From the human T2T-CHM13v2.0 reference genome, Homo sapiens: DNA of 64,000 nt. The translations under genes and the position numbers were made by a program. The notes under the pieces were generated by a model. That model was given only the letters and a program-made list of their open reading frames with translations. It had not been told where the DNA came from and did not search any database. Where the stretch lies: assembly GCF_009914755.1 (NCBI RefSeq), contig NC_060942.1, one strand, 5' to 3'. Below, one piece after another: positions 14,745-32,149 of this stretch; the first letter of the stretch is position 1; every line of letters starts with the position of its first letter.

Positions 14745-15530
14745 TCCAAGTCTATGTCTTTAGTCCCAATTCTCTCCGTGCTGCAGCGCCGTGAATCAGT
14801 CCCACTAGGAGACATTGCCACTTGCATGTCCCACAGGCACCACCCCGAAAGTGACATGCCTGAAACCCAACCCTAGCCTCTCCTCGCAAACCTGCATCCC
14901 ATTCTACAGACCTTTGCTGTTTGACATAGACATATGCTAGCTATGTGATGATCCACAATGGAGACCCGAAGACCCTGGGACTCTCCTGTCCCCTTCCCCT
15001 GCACACCTGCACTATGTGCTGTGTGCCAGGCCTTGGACATACAGCAGCGGACAATTCTCTGTAAACACAGACCCTGGTGCTAACTCACGTTCTCATGGGG
15101 AAGATGGAAAATCCATTGAAATGTACACAAAAGTCATCCTATGAAATGGCATAAAAGCATAGCACAAGATACAAATCGAGGCCAGGCTGTTGTGCAGCAA
15201 GGGTGAGGGTGTCAGAAAAGGTAGAGAGTAAGATATGAAGGAAAATGGAAAACCTAACACAGAGGTAGGAGGCTCCAGGTGGGTGGAACAGCATGTGTGA
15301 AGTAATCAGAAGTCAGGTTAAAATTGCTGTCGATTCCACCTCTAAAATATCTCCCAAATGGTTTCCCTCACTCAATTTGTAATAGGACTACAGCCTGCCA
15401 GCTTGTTCCTGGTCTTCACTTGCTCCTCCTTCAATCTACCCCTCAACACCACTGAAGGAGTCATTTTCCCCACACACAAATCTGGCAGCTTCACATCCCT
15501 GCCTGAAAGCCTTGGGTGGCTCCATCACCT
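14745..15530. mobile_element. L2 fragments in both orientations
   Basis: L2-like text (CACTTGCATGTCCCACAGGCACC; CTATGTGCTGTGTGCCAGGC; CCACCTCTAAAATATCTCCCAA). Boundaries approximate. Confidence 0.5.
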
Positions 15531-16169
15531 CCAGACTCCGGCCCCAGCTCCACCACAGCTGCTGAAGGCAGGCTAGTCACCGCTCAGCAATTCTTCCATG
15601 CCTCCCTTCCTCACCCTTAGGGTTTCTGTGTCTTCCCAGTGGAGTTTGTGCTGGATTTCCATTCCTCTTTACTACAGAGGTCACTTTTCCCAGGTTAATT
15701 AGCTGTCATTTTGACGTGCATCATTTCAGAAGAGTAATACACCTAGAAATCAAGTTCATCCAAACACCTCGGTGCTGAGGAGGCTTCCTGAGACCTGCAC
15801 CTCAGAGCCAAAGGACTCCTGCACCCGGATGCTGGAGGGTACGCAGAGCGACAGTGAACTTCACCAACGCTTTGTCCTGGACCCCCACAGGCCACAGTTT
15901 CTCTTTCCTTTGCAGTGAGCAGCCTCTGCTGTCCTAAGTCCACAGACATGAGTGTGTAGTTGACCCCATGGAAATGACATTGATAAGTCCATTATCATTA
16001 CACACACAAACTATTGTGTGTGAGGTTTTTGTTTGTTTGTTTTTTCCACTAGACAGCTAATGTTACATTATGAAGATGATAAATATATGATCAAGATATT
16101 ATATTGTTTTGGTAGCATAGACATACATTATATTATCAAGATGGCAATTGCCATGGGAAAGCTGAGTTT

Positions 16170-18137
<1,968 letters not shown>

Positions 18138-19499
18138 TTAGGAATAGAGCTGCCAAGCTGTGGGGGGCAATTAGGTCATCTTTTCCCAGGACAGTTCTAG
18201 ACCTTCATGGTGCCCTTCTTGCAAGTGGTCTTATTCCAGGTCCCAGCTTTAGGTAGAAAGTGCAAACTGCTTGTGGCAGGACTGAGCCTGCAGAGCACCG
18301 CATTCCCCCAGGGGAGGTTCTGTGGACAAGGAGTTGGAAGCTCACCAGTGTCGCTCCTTTCTCCTCTGCCAAGAAGGCAGCTCCCTCATCTCTGGGGCTC
18401 ATGAAGGGAGGCATGGCCTTCTGCTGTCTCTGCTGATGGAGAATGGGGTCTTGCCACCACCAGAAGCCTCCCTGAGGTTATTGTCTCATATCCTCAGCGC
18501 CGTCTGGATCCGGGAGTCCAGGACCACCCATAACCTGATGCCACTCTCCACTGGAGCCCAGGAGACCTCAGGATGGAGAAGCAGGTCCAAGTGACCCCGG
18601 CCACCCTGTCTCTCAGCCCTCACAAGAAGAATGCCCCAAACTGTGCTGGGAGAGGCAGACCTTGTCCCTGAGGATAAAGGTAATTTCAAAGGCAAAGTAC
18701 AATGAGAAGCGACACTTGGCCCTCATAAGAAAGGGACACTTATTTAGGGACACAGACACACACTACCAAGATGGCTCACCTGCTCTTGGAGACCTCTGTT
18801 ACCTAGTTGTTAAGCCCAAGAACTTCAGTTCTCCACTGAGGAAACTCAACCCATTTCCTTGGGAAGGTCCCAATCCAGGGACCCCTCCCTCTGGACACTG
18901 AGGGTATCGCATCACTTGATGCCCGCAGCTGTCAGTCTCAGTGCCCTGCAGGGGTGGGGCAGAGCGAGGGGACAGGAGAGGGATGGATGGATGGGTTTCT
19001 ATCCTGGGGGAATCTCCAAATGCTGATCCTTCATGGAACTTTCCTTTTCTGTATTTTCACGGATGAACAGTTTCCACAGACCCTTTATGAGTTAACTCCT
19101 AAGGTCAGCATGTCTCCTTCAGAGACAGCAAACCCCACACTCGCAATGAGAGAAAAGTATTTTCCTAGTTCGCGGGGTACAGGTTGTGCCCCTAGTGTCA
19201 AGGGACCCCCACTGCTGTGCTGAGTCCTGAAGTATCACCAAAGAGCTCGACTCACACACCTGATACTGAGTGGCGGCTCGGTTACCTGGAGAAGGACCGC
19301 GGCTTAGATTAGGTGCTTGCTATGGCATGAACCCTCTGAGCAGAGGCCTGGGCCTGGGCCTGGGGAGACAGCAGAGCGCCCTTTCTTCCGGCCTCATCGA
19401 CAGCATTTGTGGCACAGGCTTGAGAACGAATAGACATCTAAGAAAGACTTCGGTTGCTAAGTGATCAATTACAGCTCTAGGGGAAACTGGAAGACAGAG

Positions 19500-19650
19500 C
19501 TGGACTTGGGGCTCAGATACCTTGAGTGTCACGCAGGACTTCTGCCATTCAGTGACCTTCAGTTGCCTCTTGTGTCCCAAGACTGCTGTGAGGATAAATG
19601 AGATGTTTGCGGGATCTGAAAGTGTTGACACAGGGCGGTGCACAGCAAAT
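19500..19650. mobile_element. MIR fragment
   Basis: GACTGCTGTGAGGATAAATGAGATG is a MIR core motif. Confidence 0.45.
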
Positions 19651-19720
19651 GATGGTCTCTCTTCTTGTTTTCTATTCGGCTTTACAATCGGGTTAACAAT
19701 AAGGAGAACACGGTATTCTA

Positions 19721-20571
<851 letters not shown>

Positions 20572-21571
20572 GTAACACTTAAAACAGATTGGTAAAAATA
20601 AAGGATTGGGCACATTTTCAAAAGCATCAAATATGTCAGAAACGGGGAAAACACTGGAGCTTGTTAGATCGTAAAATCTGATGCAGTTTCTAATTGTTCT
20701 AATCACACATTTTTATGAGGAGATCAAGTTATTGTCAAAGGAAATTATATCCTGTTAATGGCTTATTAATAAAAATTACATTCTTCAGAAATTGATACAC
20801 AGGACAGAATTCAATTTGTTCTACAAAATATAACTTTATCATTTGGCTAAAGGTATTCTGATCACAAAATGTCCATAATTCCTGCAATTCTGTTACTTGT
20901 TTGAGTCTGAAATTACACTGCTGACATCCCTTTTGTGACAAAAGCACTTTAACAGCCAAAAAATTTTAGAAATGACTGGTAGGTCTCTTTTGATTGGAAG
21001 TTTGTTGAATGCAGCTGCAATATTTCTGAGTTAAGTTATGTTCATACGTTCTCATTCTGGCTGGAACATTTCTGTGTTGTTGTGATTGCGATATTGTCCA
21101 GCCGGCCAGACTGATGATTAATTCACGTTATTAAGATGACTAACACTCCTTTCAGATGGCAATTGAAAAACCACATCAAGAGAACAGCCTGAAAGTGATT
21201 TGACTGCAGATTTGGGAGGAGTAGAGATTATGCAATTGTTCCTTCTGTAACTCAGCAATATTTAGCGGGTACATGTGACATCCTGTAGACCCTTATGGTT
21301 TCTTGAGGACCCTGAAAATAGTGGGGAGAAGTCATAATTGCTGGGTTCCCAGGGGTCACATAATGAGACTTTGGCAAACTCAGTCATTAAGAGATAAGCA
21401 ACTTGCACTCTTAGACTGGCCACAAGTAGGACTCTTGTAGCAAACACTCCTGCTTAGCCCATCCCCTTGTTTAGAATACCCCCCAGCATTCTTTGTGAAG
21501 GGGTGGGCTAGCCAGCAAGGTGCCAGGATGGGCATTGGACCCAAAGTGGACTAATAAGATTTTTTTTAAGC

Positions 21572-21970
21572 CGTAAGTAATGCATACGGTAACTAGCTTG
21601 ACTTAGCTGCCTCATAAGCTTACATGTTTCAAAACATCATGCTGTACACCATAAATATATACAATGTTTGTCAATTAAAAATAAATAATAATTTAAAAAT
21701 TTTTTCTCTTACACAGGAGGTACAAGTTCAAGAGATTCACTTACAGCATGGTGACTATACTGAATAACAGTGTATTGTGAACTTGAAAATCACTGGGAGA
21801 GCAGACTTTGTGTTCTCACCACAAAAAATTTGTAAGTATGTGGGATAATGTGTATGTTAATTAGCTTGATTTAACCATTTCACAATGTATATGTATATCA
21901 AAACATTACACCATAAATAAGTACAATTTTGCTTTTTCAATTAATAAAAGCATTTGAATGAAAAAGAAAA
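21572..21970 (+). mobile_element. Two adjacent L1MA(8/9-like) 3'-end fragments (~21572-21692 and ~21712-21970)
   Basis: Both contain L1MA terminal text: TAGCTTGA..CAAAACAT..CACCATAAATA..TACAAT..TCAATTAA plus an A-rich end. Confidence 0.65.
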
Positions 21971-22411
21971 AACTCCACCTGCACTCGATTTTGTTGGGTA
22001 TTGACTACATAAACTCATACAGAGATGGGGACACATCCTGCACCCAAAGCCACTTCTTTGCCAATGTTATGAGGAAGCAAGAGACAAAAAGCCCATACAG
22101 CATCCAGTCTGCACAAATCACATAAAGTGGACACACGCGAGAAACAAGTTTCCTAGGCTCAGAGAGATGAGGAGGACATGAGACCATTCCCAATGACCCC
22201 AGGCCCAACTCCTACAGCTATAAGACTCTGTGATATCATTACCATAGATCCTCACTCATCTGGAAAGCCAGGATAACTGTGAAACCCCAGGTACCAATGA
22301 CAAAGACTCCACTGCCCCCACTATGGGGATCATGCTGTGGGCCCAGGGACCCATGCAGGAAGCCTCTTCCACCATGAGTCTGAAATCACCCTCAGACCCT
22401 TTGGCAGCTTA

Positions 22412-22888
<477 letters not shown>

Positions 22889-22934
22889 TCATTTGAATGA
22901 ACTTTGTTTATATCTCTATAGTAAGAATGGACAT

Positions 22935-23399
22935 TGTGATGGTTAATTTTACATGCCAACTTGACTGGGCCATGGGGTGCCCAGACATTTAGTCAAACAT
23001 TACTCTGAATATGTCTGTGAGGGGGTTTATGGATGAGATTAACATTTGAGTGGGTAGACTGAGTAAAGCAGATGGCCCTCCCTAATGTAAGCAAGCCTCA
23101 TCCAATCAGTTGAAGGCCTGAAGCAAATACAAAGGTTGACCTTCCCATGAGTAAGAGGGAATTTCTCCTGCCCAGCTGTCTTCAACCTGGGACATTGGCT
23201 TTTCCTGCCTTCAGAGTCAAACTGAAACACTGGCTTTCTGGGTCTTCAGCTTGCCAACTGCAGATCTTAGGACTTCTTAGCCTCCATAATCACTTGAGCC
23301 AATTTCTTATCATAAATCTATTTGTGTGTGTGTGCATATATATATATATATACAGTTGTATGCATCCTATTGATTCTATTTCTCTGGAGAACACTAATA
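22935..23399 (+). mobile_element. MLT2D-like ERVL solo LTR
   Basis: TGTGATGGTTAATTTTACATGCCAACTTGACTGGGCC..GTAGACTGAGTAAAGCAGATGGCCCTCCC..(TG)n(TA)n..TTTCTCTGGAGAAC. Confidence 0.8.
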
Positions 23400-23910
23400 G
23401 AGATACATTGTATTATAATTCTCTGTATACATTGATTTTCTTCATCAGACTGTGAGACCTTCCATTGCAAGAATTGCCCCAAATGCATCTTTGTAAACAC
23501 AACACATAGGACAACATCTGGCCCAATAAATGTCGAGTGAATGAATGACTACCTTTCAGATCGCCTTCTGTGGCTGTTAGGAGGAATAAATGTGTATAAG
23601 CCCTTTAAAATCAGTACAGCTTCTGAAAAGGAATTTGATCTTTCTCCCTATCAGTCTCCAAACCTATTCTTACTAGAGAAAATAAAATCAATCTAGGAGT
23701 TGAGTATTTCTAACCTCTCCCTGCATTCTAGTAATCTTTATTCATTCAAAATATAATTAACAATTGTCTGTTGTATGTGAGACATCATCCCTGGCACAGA
23801 GGATGAACAACTGTGACAAGGGTCCTGAGATTCTATTCTAGTGTGGAGGTAGGGACAAACTTAAAAAACAAACAGAGTGATCCATTAATGATAAGCACCA
23901 GGAGGGAACA
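23400..23910. mobile_element. L2 3'-end fragments
   Basis: AGACTGTGAGACCTTCC..CAATAAATGTCGAGTGAATGAATGA, and the opposite-strand TTCATTCAAAATAT..CCTGGCACAGAGGATGAACA. Confidence 0.5.
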
Positions 23911-24271
23911 AGACGGGGCCATCTGGGGAGAATGGACTACATTAAATTGCACCATCTTCCCCCACATTGGAGAGCTCTCCTTTTATTTTTATCTGTTTTT
24001 GTTTTTTGGTTTATTTTTCTAGTATTTTCTTAGCTCATTTTCAGTTTCTGCTACCTCAGGAAAGAGCTTTAAGCAAACTCAGAATTCATTCAAGTTTATT
24101 TTCCTAAAAAATAATTTTGATTGCATCATTCTCTTATTTAAAAAGCTGTGTTGGCTTCTCATTTCCTACAAAGTAATGTCCAAATAATTTATTGGTATCC
24201 AAGGCCCTCTACAGTTTGGTCTAAACCTTTCCATCTTGTTAATCTTTGGAAATGCTTGCTCACTTTCACAG

Positions 24272-24975
<704 letters not shown>

Positions 24976-27507
24976 TTTGGTGAATAACCAAATGGCCCAG
25001 CGAATACAAATGAAGCATCTCAAACTTTTTAAGATTCTTCTACTTCAACTGCTGATGTCATATTTATAATGAGTCTTAGAGAACTCATTCTTCACTCCTT
25101 ATGGGGTTTTGTAATAAACTGTCACCACAAAAGTGCAGAAAGTGAAGGTAATTTCTTTTTACCAAGAATGATCATTTTAGTGACAATGCAGAAAATTTTG
25201 TGCTGTGTATAATTATGAGCTATTTCCAACAACAAGAACAACAAAAAAAATGAGCAATTTTGAAGTTCTCTTTACAGAAGATTCTAAATTTTTGGCTCTA
25301 GTGATTCTCTACACAATTATCATGATAGCACATCCTGGCAGTAGGACCCCAGGGGCTCTGAAAGCAGCATAAGGGTTTGAAAGTCATTCCAAGCCTCTGG
25401 CTTCGGCACAGGAGCCTGGATAAGCCTTCAGGTGCAGGGAAGGTGCTGGAATTGACCATTCCTCTGCAAAGTGTAGTTGTGAACAGTTCTCCTGCCCTTC
25501 TGTTCATCTCAGGGATGCAAACTAAAAAATCGCTTGCATCGATTTGACATCTGACATGATAATACATGGCTTGTCTATGGGACTCTACTTTTCACTGCAC
25601 AATAGGGGTGCATACTACATTTCATTTAAAATCAAATGTGAAAGATCTCAAACGGTATGCAAATCCAGAAGCTTCTAAGGTATAGCAAGAATCTTGTTGC
25701 TGCCTTCTTCTCTCAAAGGTGTCATTTGGATATAGTATTATCAACTTAGAGATTATAGCTATAGTTACCCCAGCAGACATTCATTCTGAGAAAAGCTTTA
25801 TGGCTTAGCTTTCCTATGCAAAGAAGTAAGTTGAACAGGTTTCCAGCTAACATAATTACTGATTAGCAGTATTTCTGCAGATGTCTCATAAATATAATTT
25901 TTTCTACACCTAAACGTGCTAAGCTCTTATCCTACAGACACATAATGACTTTGGAGTTAAGGACACTTTGTGATAACATTCTTAGTAAGTGGTGTGTGAT
26001 TCAAATTAACAACTGAGCAATGGCCATGTAGAAGGCATTGAGGGAAGTGCCCAGGAGAAAATAAAGATGAGGAGGTCACAGTCTCTACCCATGGGAGCTG
26101 ATCTTAGAATAGAAGCATTCACCACACAAATGTCCATTACACAGGTAGATTAGACAGGTGAGGCACAGGAGGGATAACGGACTCTGGAGCATGGACAAAA
26201 GAGGCATTACCTTCAGCCAGAGGACAGTGGCATTTGCTGTGGCCCTTGGAGAATTATATCAGGATAATAATGGCAAAGAGAACGCTGGAGGGATGGCAAC
26301 ACTGGGGAGCCAGCTCACATGAGGCTGCCTCAGTCTGTGCAGGAGGGAGAGGTGGGAGGAAGTCGTCCAAGGTCAGGCTGAACATGAACACTTTGCAAGC
26401 CATGCTGGGAAATGAGGACTGTGTTCTTAAGTCCATGGGAAACCATGGAGAATGCTCTGCAATGATCTCATGTCCTCCAGAAGCAGTATCCAGCAGGCAC
26501 AGGAAGCACGGGGAGCAGCTGAAGGCCAGTAAAAGCAATCAAAAGCAGTAATGATTCAACTGGAGGTGAATATTAAGTGAAAAATTAGGAGGAGGACTTG
26601 AATGGCAATGGTACTGTTTGTGATGTGGGGATAAACTGCTCTTTTTGAATTGCCAGTAGGTTTCTCTTTCCATTGCTGAAGGTAGACTCTGGAGAGTGAA
26701 AACACCAAAGCTAGAAAGCTTCCAGCTTTGCTCTTCATAACAGCTTCTGCGTGGGGACATTGCAGGTGTCTGTGCGTACCTTGGTGGTACATTGTAGTCC
26801 GCCAGGTGTCAGGCAGGTATCCAAGCCTTGACTTGGGAGATGGGTATATAGATGATGTCATTCCAAGCAGGCTCCTGGGGCCCAGGTGTTAAGCATATTG
26901 TTTGGTAAAAGAATGGAAGTGCACCTTTGGCCTGGCAAAGAGGCGTATGGCTTAGTTTTGTTTGTTGGTTTCTTTCTTTCTAAATACCAATTAAGGCAGG
27001 ACTATCCATAACATGTCAGTGCATGTGCACACACCTGTGGGTTACACGGGCACACATGCCTGACCACGTGCTCACAGGAGCACACCTTAGCAGGAGAGTC
27101 ACATTGTTTCTACACCTCAGTCTGAAGGGAAGACCAGAAACAATATAGGACTTAGCACAGAACCATTGGAACTGGATGTCCCACCCATGGGACTGTGCTA
27201 GAATTCTCTTAATCAAACTCCAGTGTTCAACTCTGCAAATTGTCAGTGCCCCCCATGCCTTCTGCAGAAGCTCAGACTCAGATCCAGAGTACAATGCATC
27301 CCAAAGAGCTCCTGAAGTACACCAACAAGGACACATCTATTTTCAAGACTGAAAAATTGCACATACCAAAGCTTTGTTGGTACAGAAATTATAGTTTTCT
27401 AAGCCAACTGAATGGCATATAAATACGAATGCAAAAGAAGATTCGTTCTTTCTATAAATTTGAACGCTGAGAAAAACTCATTAAATATGAATTGCTAAAA
27501 ATGGTGT

Positions 27508-28257
<750 letters not shown>

Positions 28258-28279
28258 GGGGTCAATTCAGATATTGTCA

Positions 28280-28645
<366 letters not shown>

Positions 28646-29677
28646 CTAGCAAATAAGTAATTAAAGATTTTTTGTCCTGCAGCTATTCAGGTTCATTATA
28701 AAATTCTTTCAATGTTTCTGTAAGTTTCAACATTTTCATAATAAAATGTTTAGGAAAATGTATCTAAAATTCTACAGGGATGATTTTGAGTCCCCAGCAA
28801 GATGGTAAATTAGCATGAAATGCTGGTTCCTTCCTCCTGTCCAATGCTAGAGAGCCCACACAAGTGACAAGAAAGACACAGGACCTAGGGAATAAAATGA
28901 AAATTACGCAGATGCAAAAGACCACATGCCCTGCCTTCCAACTGTTCATCCCGTGTTGCTGTTTTCCTTCCATATTGTAAGTTTTTGTTTTCTCAACCAT
29001 GCACACTCCATCCTTGCAACCCGCCCAGAGGTTTAACTATTAGAATTCTAATGTCTGGCCAAAAATATGCAGGTGCTAACTGCGCATGAAAGAAAGCTCA
29101 GAAAAATAAGTTGAAAATGCTGCTTCTATTCCTTCAACTAAACAAATACAGATACTATGCATTATGAAACTGCCTTTGCAAATGTTATTTCTAGCAAATA
29201 AATATTGTAGGACATTCATAGTCAGTCCTTGATGGTGTGTTCTGTGACCATTTAAGAAACTTGACATTCTAACAGGGTGTCATACTAAAAATTTTTGGCC
29301 CTGGTAATAATATTCAACTTTATCTCTCTCTCTCTCTCTTTTCTTTTGTTAACTTAAAAGCATAAATTCTCATGAATTTTCTTGGTAAACCAGAAAGCAC
29401 TGGTCATTACTCCATCATAAATAGCTTTTCTTGGACAAATGACTTTTACTTAATTATTTTATTTTATTTATTTAAGTTATTTGTATTTAACCTACTGGGT
29501 CAGGGAGGAAGCATTTGTGGAAGACAGTGATGACCTGGAGCAAAGGCTAGCATTGGAAAGGAGCTGAGGGGAAGGCTTCCCCTCTGAGCTCTTTGCTCCC
29601 TGTCACATTCCCCTGGGAAGGCCACTGACTGACCCCCCGCTCTGACCACCATGAGATTAAAAAACAGCAGCACTTCC

Positions 29678-30138
29678 TCCTGGGGGTTGAATTGTGTCCT
29701 CCAATAAAATATGTTGGAATCCTAAGTCCCAGAACCTCACAATGCAGCCGTATTTGGAAATAGGGTCTTTGCAGAGGTATCAATTTAGATGAGGTTGCAC
29801 TGGATCAGAGTAATCCTGAGTTCAATATGACTATGTCCTTATAAAATGAGGAAATTTGGAAACAGACAGACATGCACACAGGAAGAACACCATGAGAAGA
29901 TGATGACAAAGGTCGGGGTGATGCTTCAACAAAGCTAGAAACACCAAAAATTGCCAGAAAACTTCCAGAAGCTGGAAGCGAGGCCTGGAATAGATTCTTC
30001 TCCAGAGCGGTCAGCAGGAATCAACCCTGCCAACAACTTGATTTTGGACTTCTGACCTTCAGAACTCTGAGAATAAATTTCTGTCATAAGTCACCTAGCT
30101 TGTGCACTTTGTTTCAGCAGCTCTAGGAAATGAATGCA
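29678..30138 (+). mobile_element. MLT1C-like solo LTR
   Basis: GGGTTGAATTGTGTCCTCC..TATTTGGAAATAGGGTCTTTGCAGA..CCAGAAGCTGGAAGCGAGGCCTGGAA..CTAGGAAATGAATGCA. Confidence 0.78.
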
Positions 30139-30329
30139 GAATGATTATCTTTGATTATTCACACAGGCCCTAATGCAATAACTGGTGTCCTTTAAGAAAG
30201 GGTAAGTGTGGACTCAGAAACACGGAGCATGCCAGAGGATAACAGGCAGAGTGATCCTCTGACAAGCAGGGAAGGCCAAGGACTGCTGGGAGCCACCAGA
30301 AGCTGAAAGGGACAAGGAAGGATCCTCCT

Positions 30330-30763
30330 TGCTATAGTTTGAATGTTTATCCCCACAGACCTCATGTTGAAATTTGATCCCAATGTTGCAGGTGGGTCCT
30401 AGTGGGAGGGGTCTGAGTCCTGGGAGAGAATCCCTCATGAATAAATTAATGACCTCCCTGGAGGAGCAGGGGAGTCTGTTCTCACTCTATTAGTTCCCTT
30501 GAGAATCGGTTGTTAAAAAGAGCCTGAAACCTTCCCCATCTCTCTTTCTCGCTTCCCCTCTCCCCATGTGATGTCTGCACATACAAGCTCCCCTTCACCT
30601 TCTGCCAGTGGTGGAAGCAGCCAAGGCCCTCTTCACTTCAGATGCAGATGTGGGTGCCACGCTTCTTGTACCACCTGCAGAACTGTGAGCCAAATACCTC
30701 TTTTCTTTATAAATTACCCAGTTTCATGTATTATTTTGTAGCAAGACAAAATGGACTAAGACA
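30330..30763 (+). mobile_element. MSTB/MSTC-like solo LTR
   Basis: TGCTATAGTTTGAATGTTTATCCCC..CTCATGTTGAAATTTGATCCC..ATAAATTACCCAG..AATGGACTAAGACA. Confidence 0.8.
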
Positions 30764-30872
30764 TTCCCCTAGGCCTTCAGAGAGCGTGTAACTGCTAACA
30801 CCTTGATTTTAGATTTCTAGGCTCCAAAGCGTGAGAGAACACATTTCTATTGTTTTAAGCATTTTTGTGGTA

Positions 30873-31942
30873 CACTAATGCCTCACTTCACAAATGCATC
30901 TTTAGGCAATTTTGTACCTGTGCAAACATCACAGAGTGCACTTACACAAACCTAGATGGCAAAGTCTGTTACACACCTAGGCTATATGGTATAGCCTATT
31001 GCTTCCAGGCTACAAAGCTGCAGAGCATGTTACTATACTGAATACTACAGGCAACTGTGACAGAATGGTAAGTATTTATGCATCTAAACAACTAAAGGTT
31101 AAAAAGGTACATTAAAAATATGGTATAAAAGATGAAAAATGTATAGGACACTTACTGAGCTTATAGGACTGGAAGTTGCCCTGGGTGAATTAGTGAGTGG
31201 TGAGTGAATGTGAAGGCCTAGGACATTACTATATGCTAATGTTGACTTTGTAAACACTGTACACTTAGGCGACACTAAATTTATTTTTAAAATTTTCTCT
31301 CTTCAATAATAAATTAACCTTAGCTTACTGTAACATTTTTACTTTATAAATGTTTTAATTTTTTTAAACTTTTTGACCCTTTTGTAATAACATTCAGCTT
31401 AAAACACAAACATATTGTACAACTATACAAAAAAAGTTTTCCTTTATACCCTTATTCTATAAGCTTATCTCTAATTTTTAAGTTGCTTATTATTTTTTAC
31501 TTTTCAAACTTCTTTCATTAAAAAACTAAGAGACACACACACACACACACACACATTAGCGTACATCTACCCACGTCAAGATGATCAATATCACTATCTT
31601 CCACTTTCATATCTTGTCCCACAGGAAGGTCTTCAGGAGTCATAACATGCATGGAACCTTCTCGTGTGATAACAATGCCTTCTTCTGGACACCCCCTGAA
31701 GGACCTGCCTGAGGTTCTTCTTGATGAGGTGCTGCCCTTTCCTGAAATATGTTCAGGGTGGTTTGCTTGGTTTGTTTCTTTTTTCTGCCACGGATGTGCA
31801 TGAGTAATATGTTACGCTACAACATTACGATGGCTACAGCATCACTAGATTACAGGAAATTTTCAGCTCCATGATGGCTGATAGTCTTACGGGACCACTG
31901 TTGCATATGCAGTCTGAAATGTCATTATGTGATGTATAACTG
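30873..31942 (+). mobile_element. Tigger3b/MER7 (GOLEM; TcMar-Tigger) non-autonomous DNA transposon
   Basis: CACTTACACAAACCTAGATGG..ACACACCTAGGCTATATGGTATAGCCTATTGCT..GGGACCACTG are Tigger3 hallmarks. Flanked by TA at 30871-30872 and 31943-31944. Contains (CA)n at ~31532-31555. Confidence 0.85.
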
Positions 31943-32149
31943 TATTTTGCTGCAACAGCCCTGGAAAATGAGCAGACCACCCCATGCCACAGATGCTACA
32001 GATATTGCTAGTGACTCACCAGAGACCAGGAAGGTGAAGAGTGACAGGCAAGAAATGCAGGTGGATGGGCCAGCCCCTATGGCCCCTTTCCTCCCCTCCC
32101 TCCTCACAGGGAACATTAGGCTACTACATTCAAGGGAGAAAAGCCCTCA

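Larger units (their letters stand above)
30140..31975 (+). mobile_element. MLT1(C/D)-like LTR broken into three pieces (30140-30329, 30764-30872, 31943-31975) by MST and Tigger3 insertions
   Basis: Continuous MLT1 text across the inserts: GCCACCAGAAGCTGAAAGGGACAAGGAAGGATCCTCCT | CCCTAGGCCTTCAGAGAG..TTTTTGTGGTA | TTTTGCTGCAACAGCCCTGGAAAATGAGCA. Confidence 0.65.

Noticed and set aside
18180-19470. GC-richer unique stretch with several 60-90-aa ORFs and a possible splice acceptor (TTTTTCCCAG, ~18189)
   Set aside because: No recognisable protein motif or consistent exon chain; such ORFs and splice-like sites are expected by chance.
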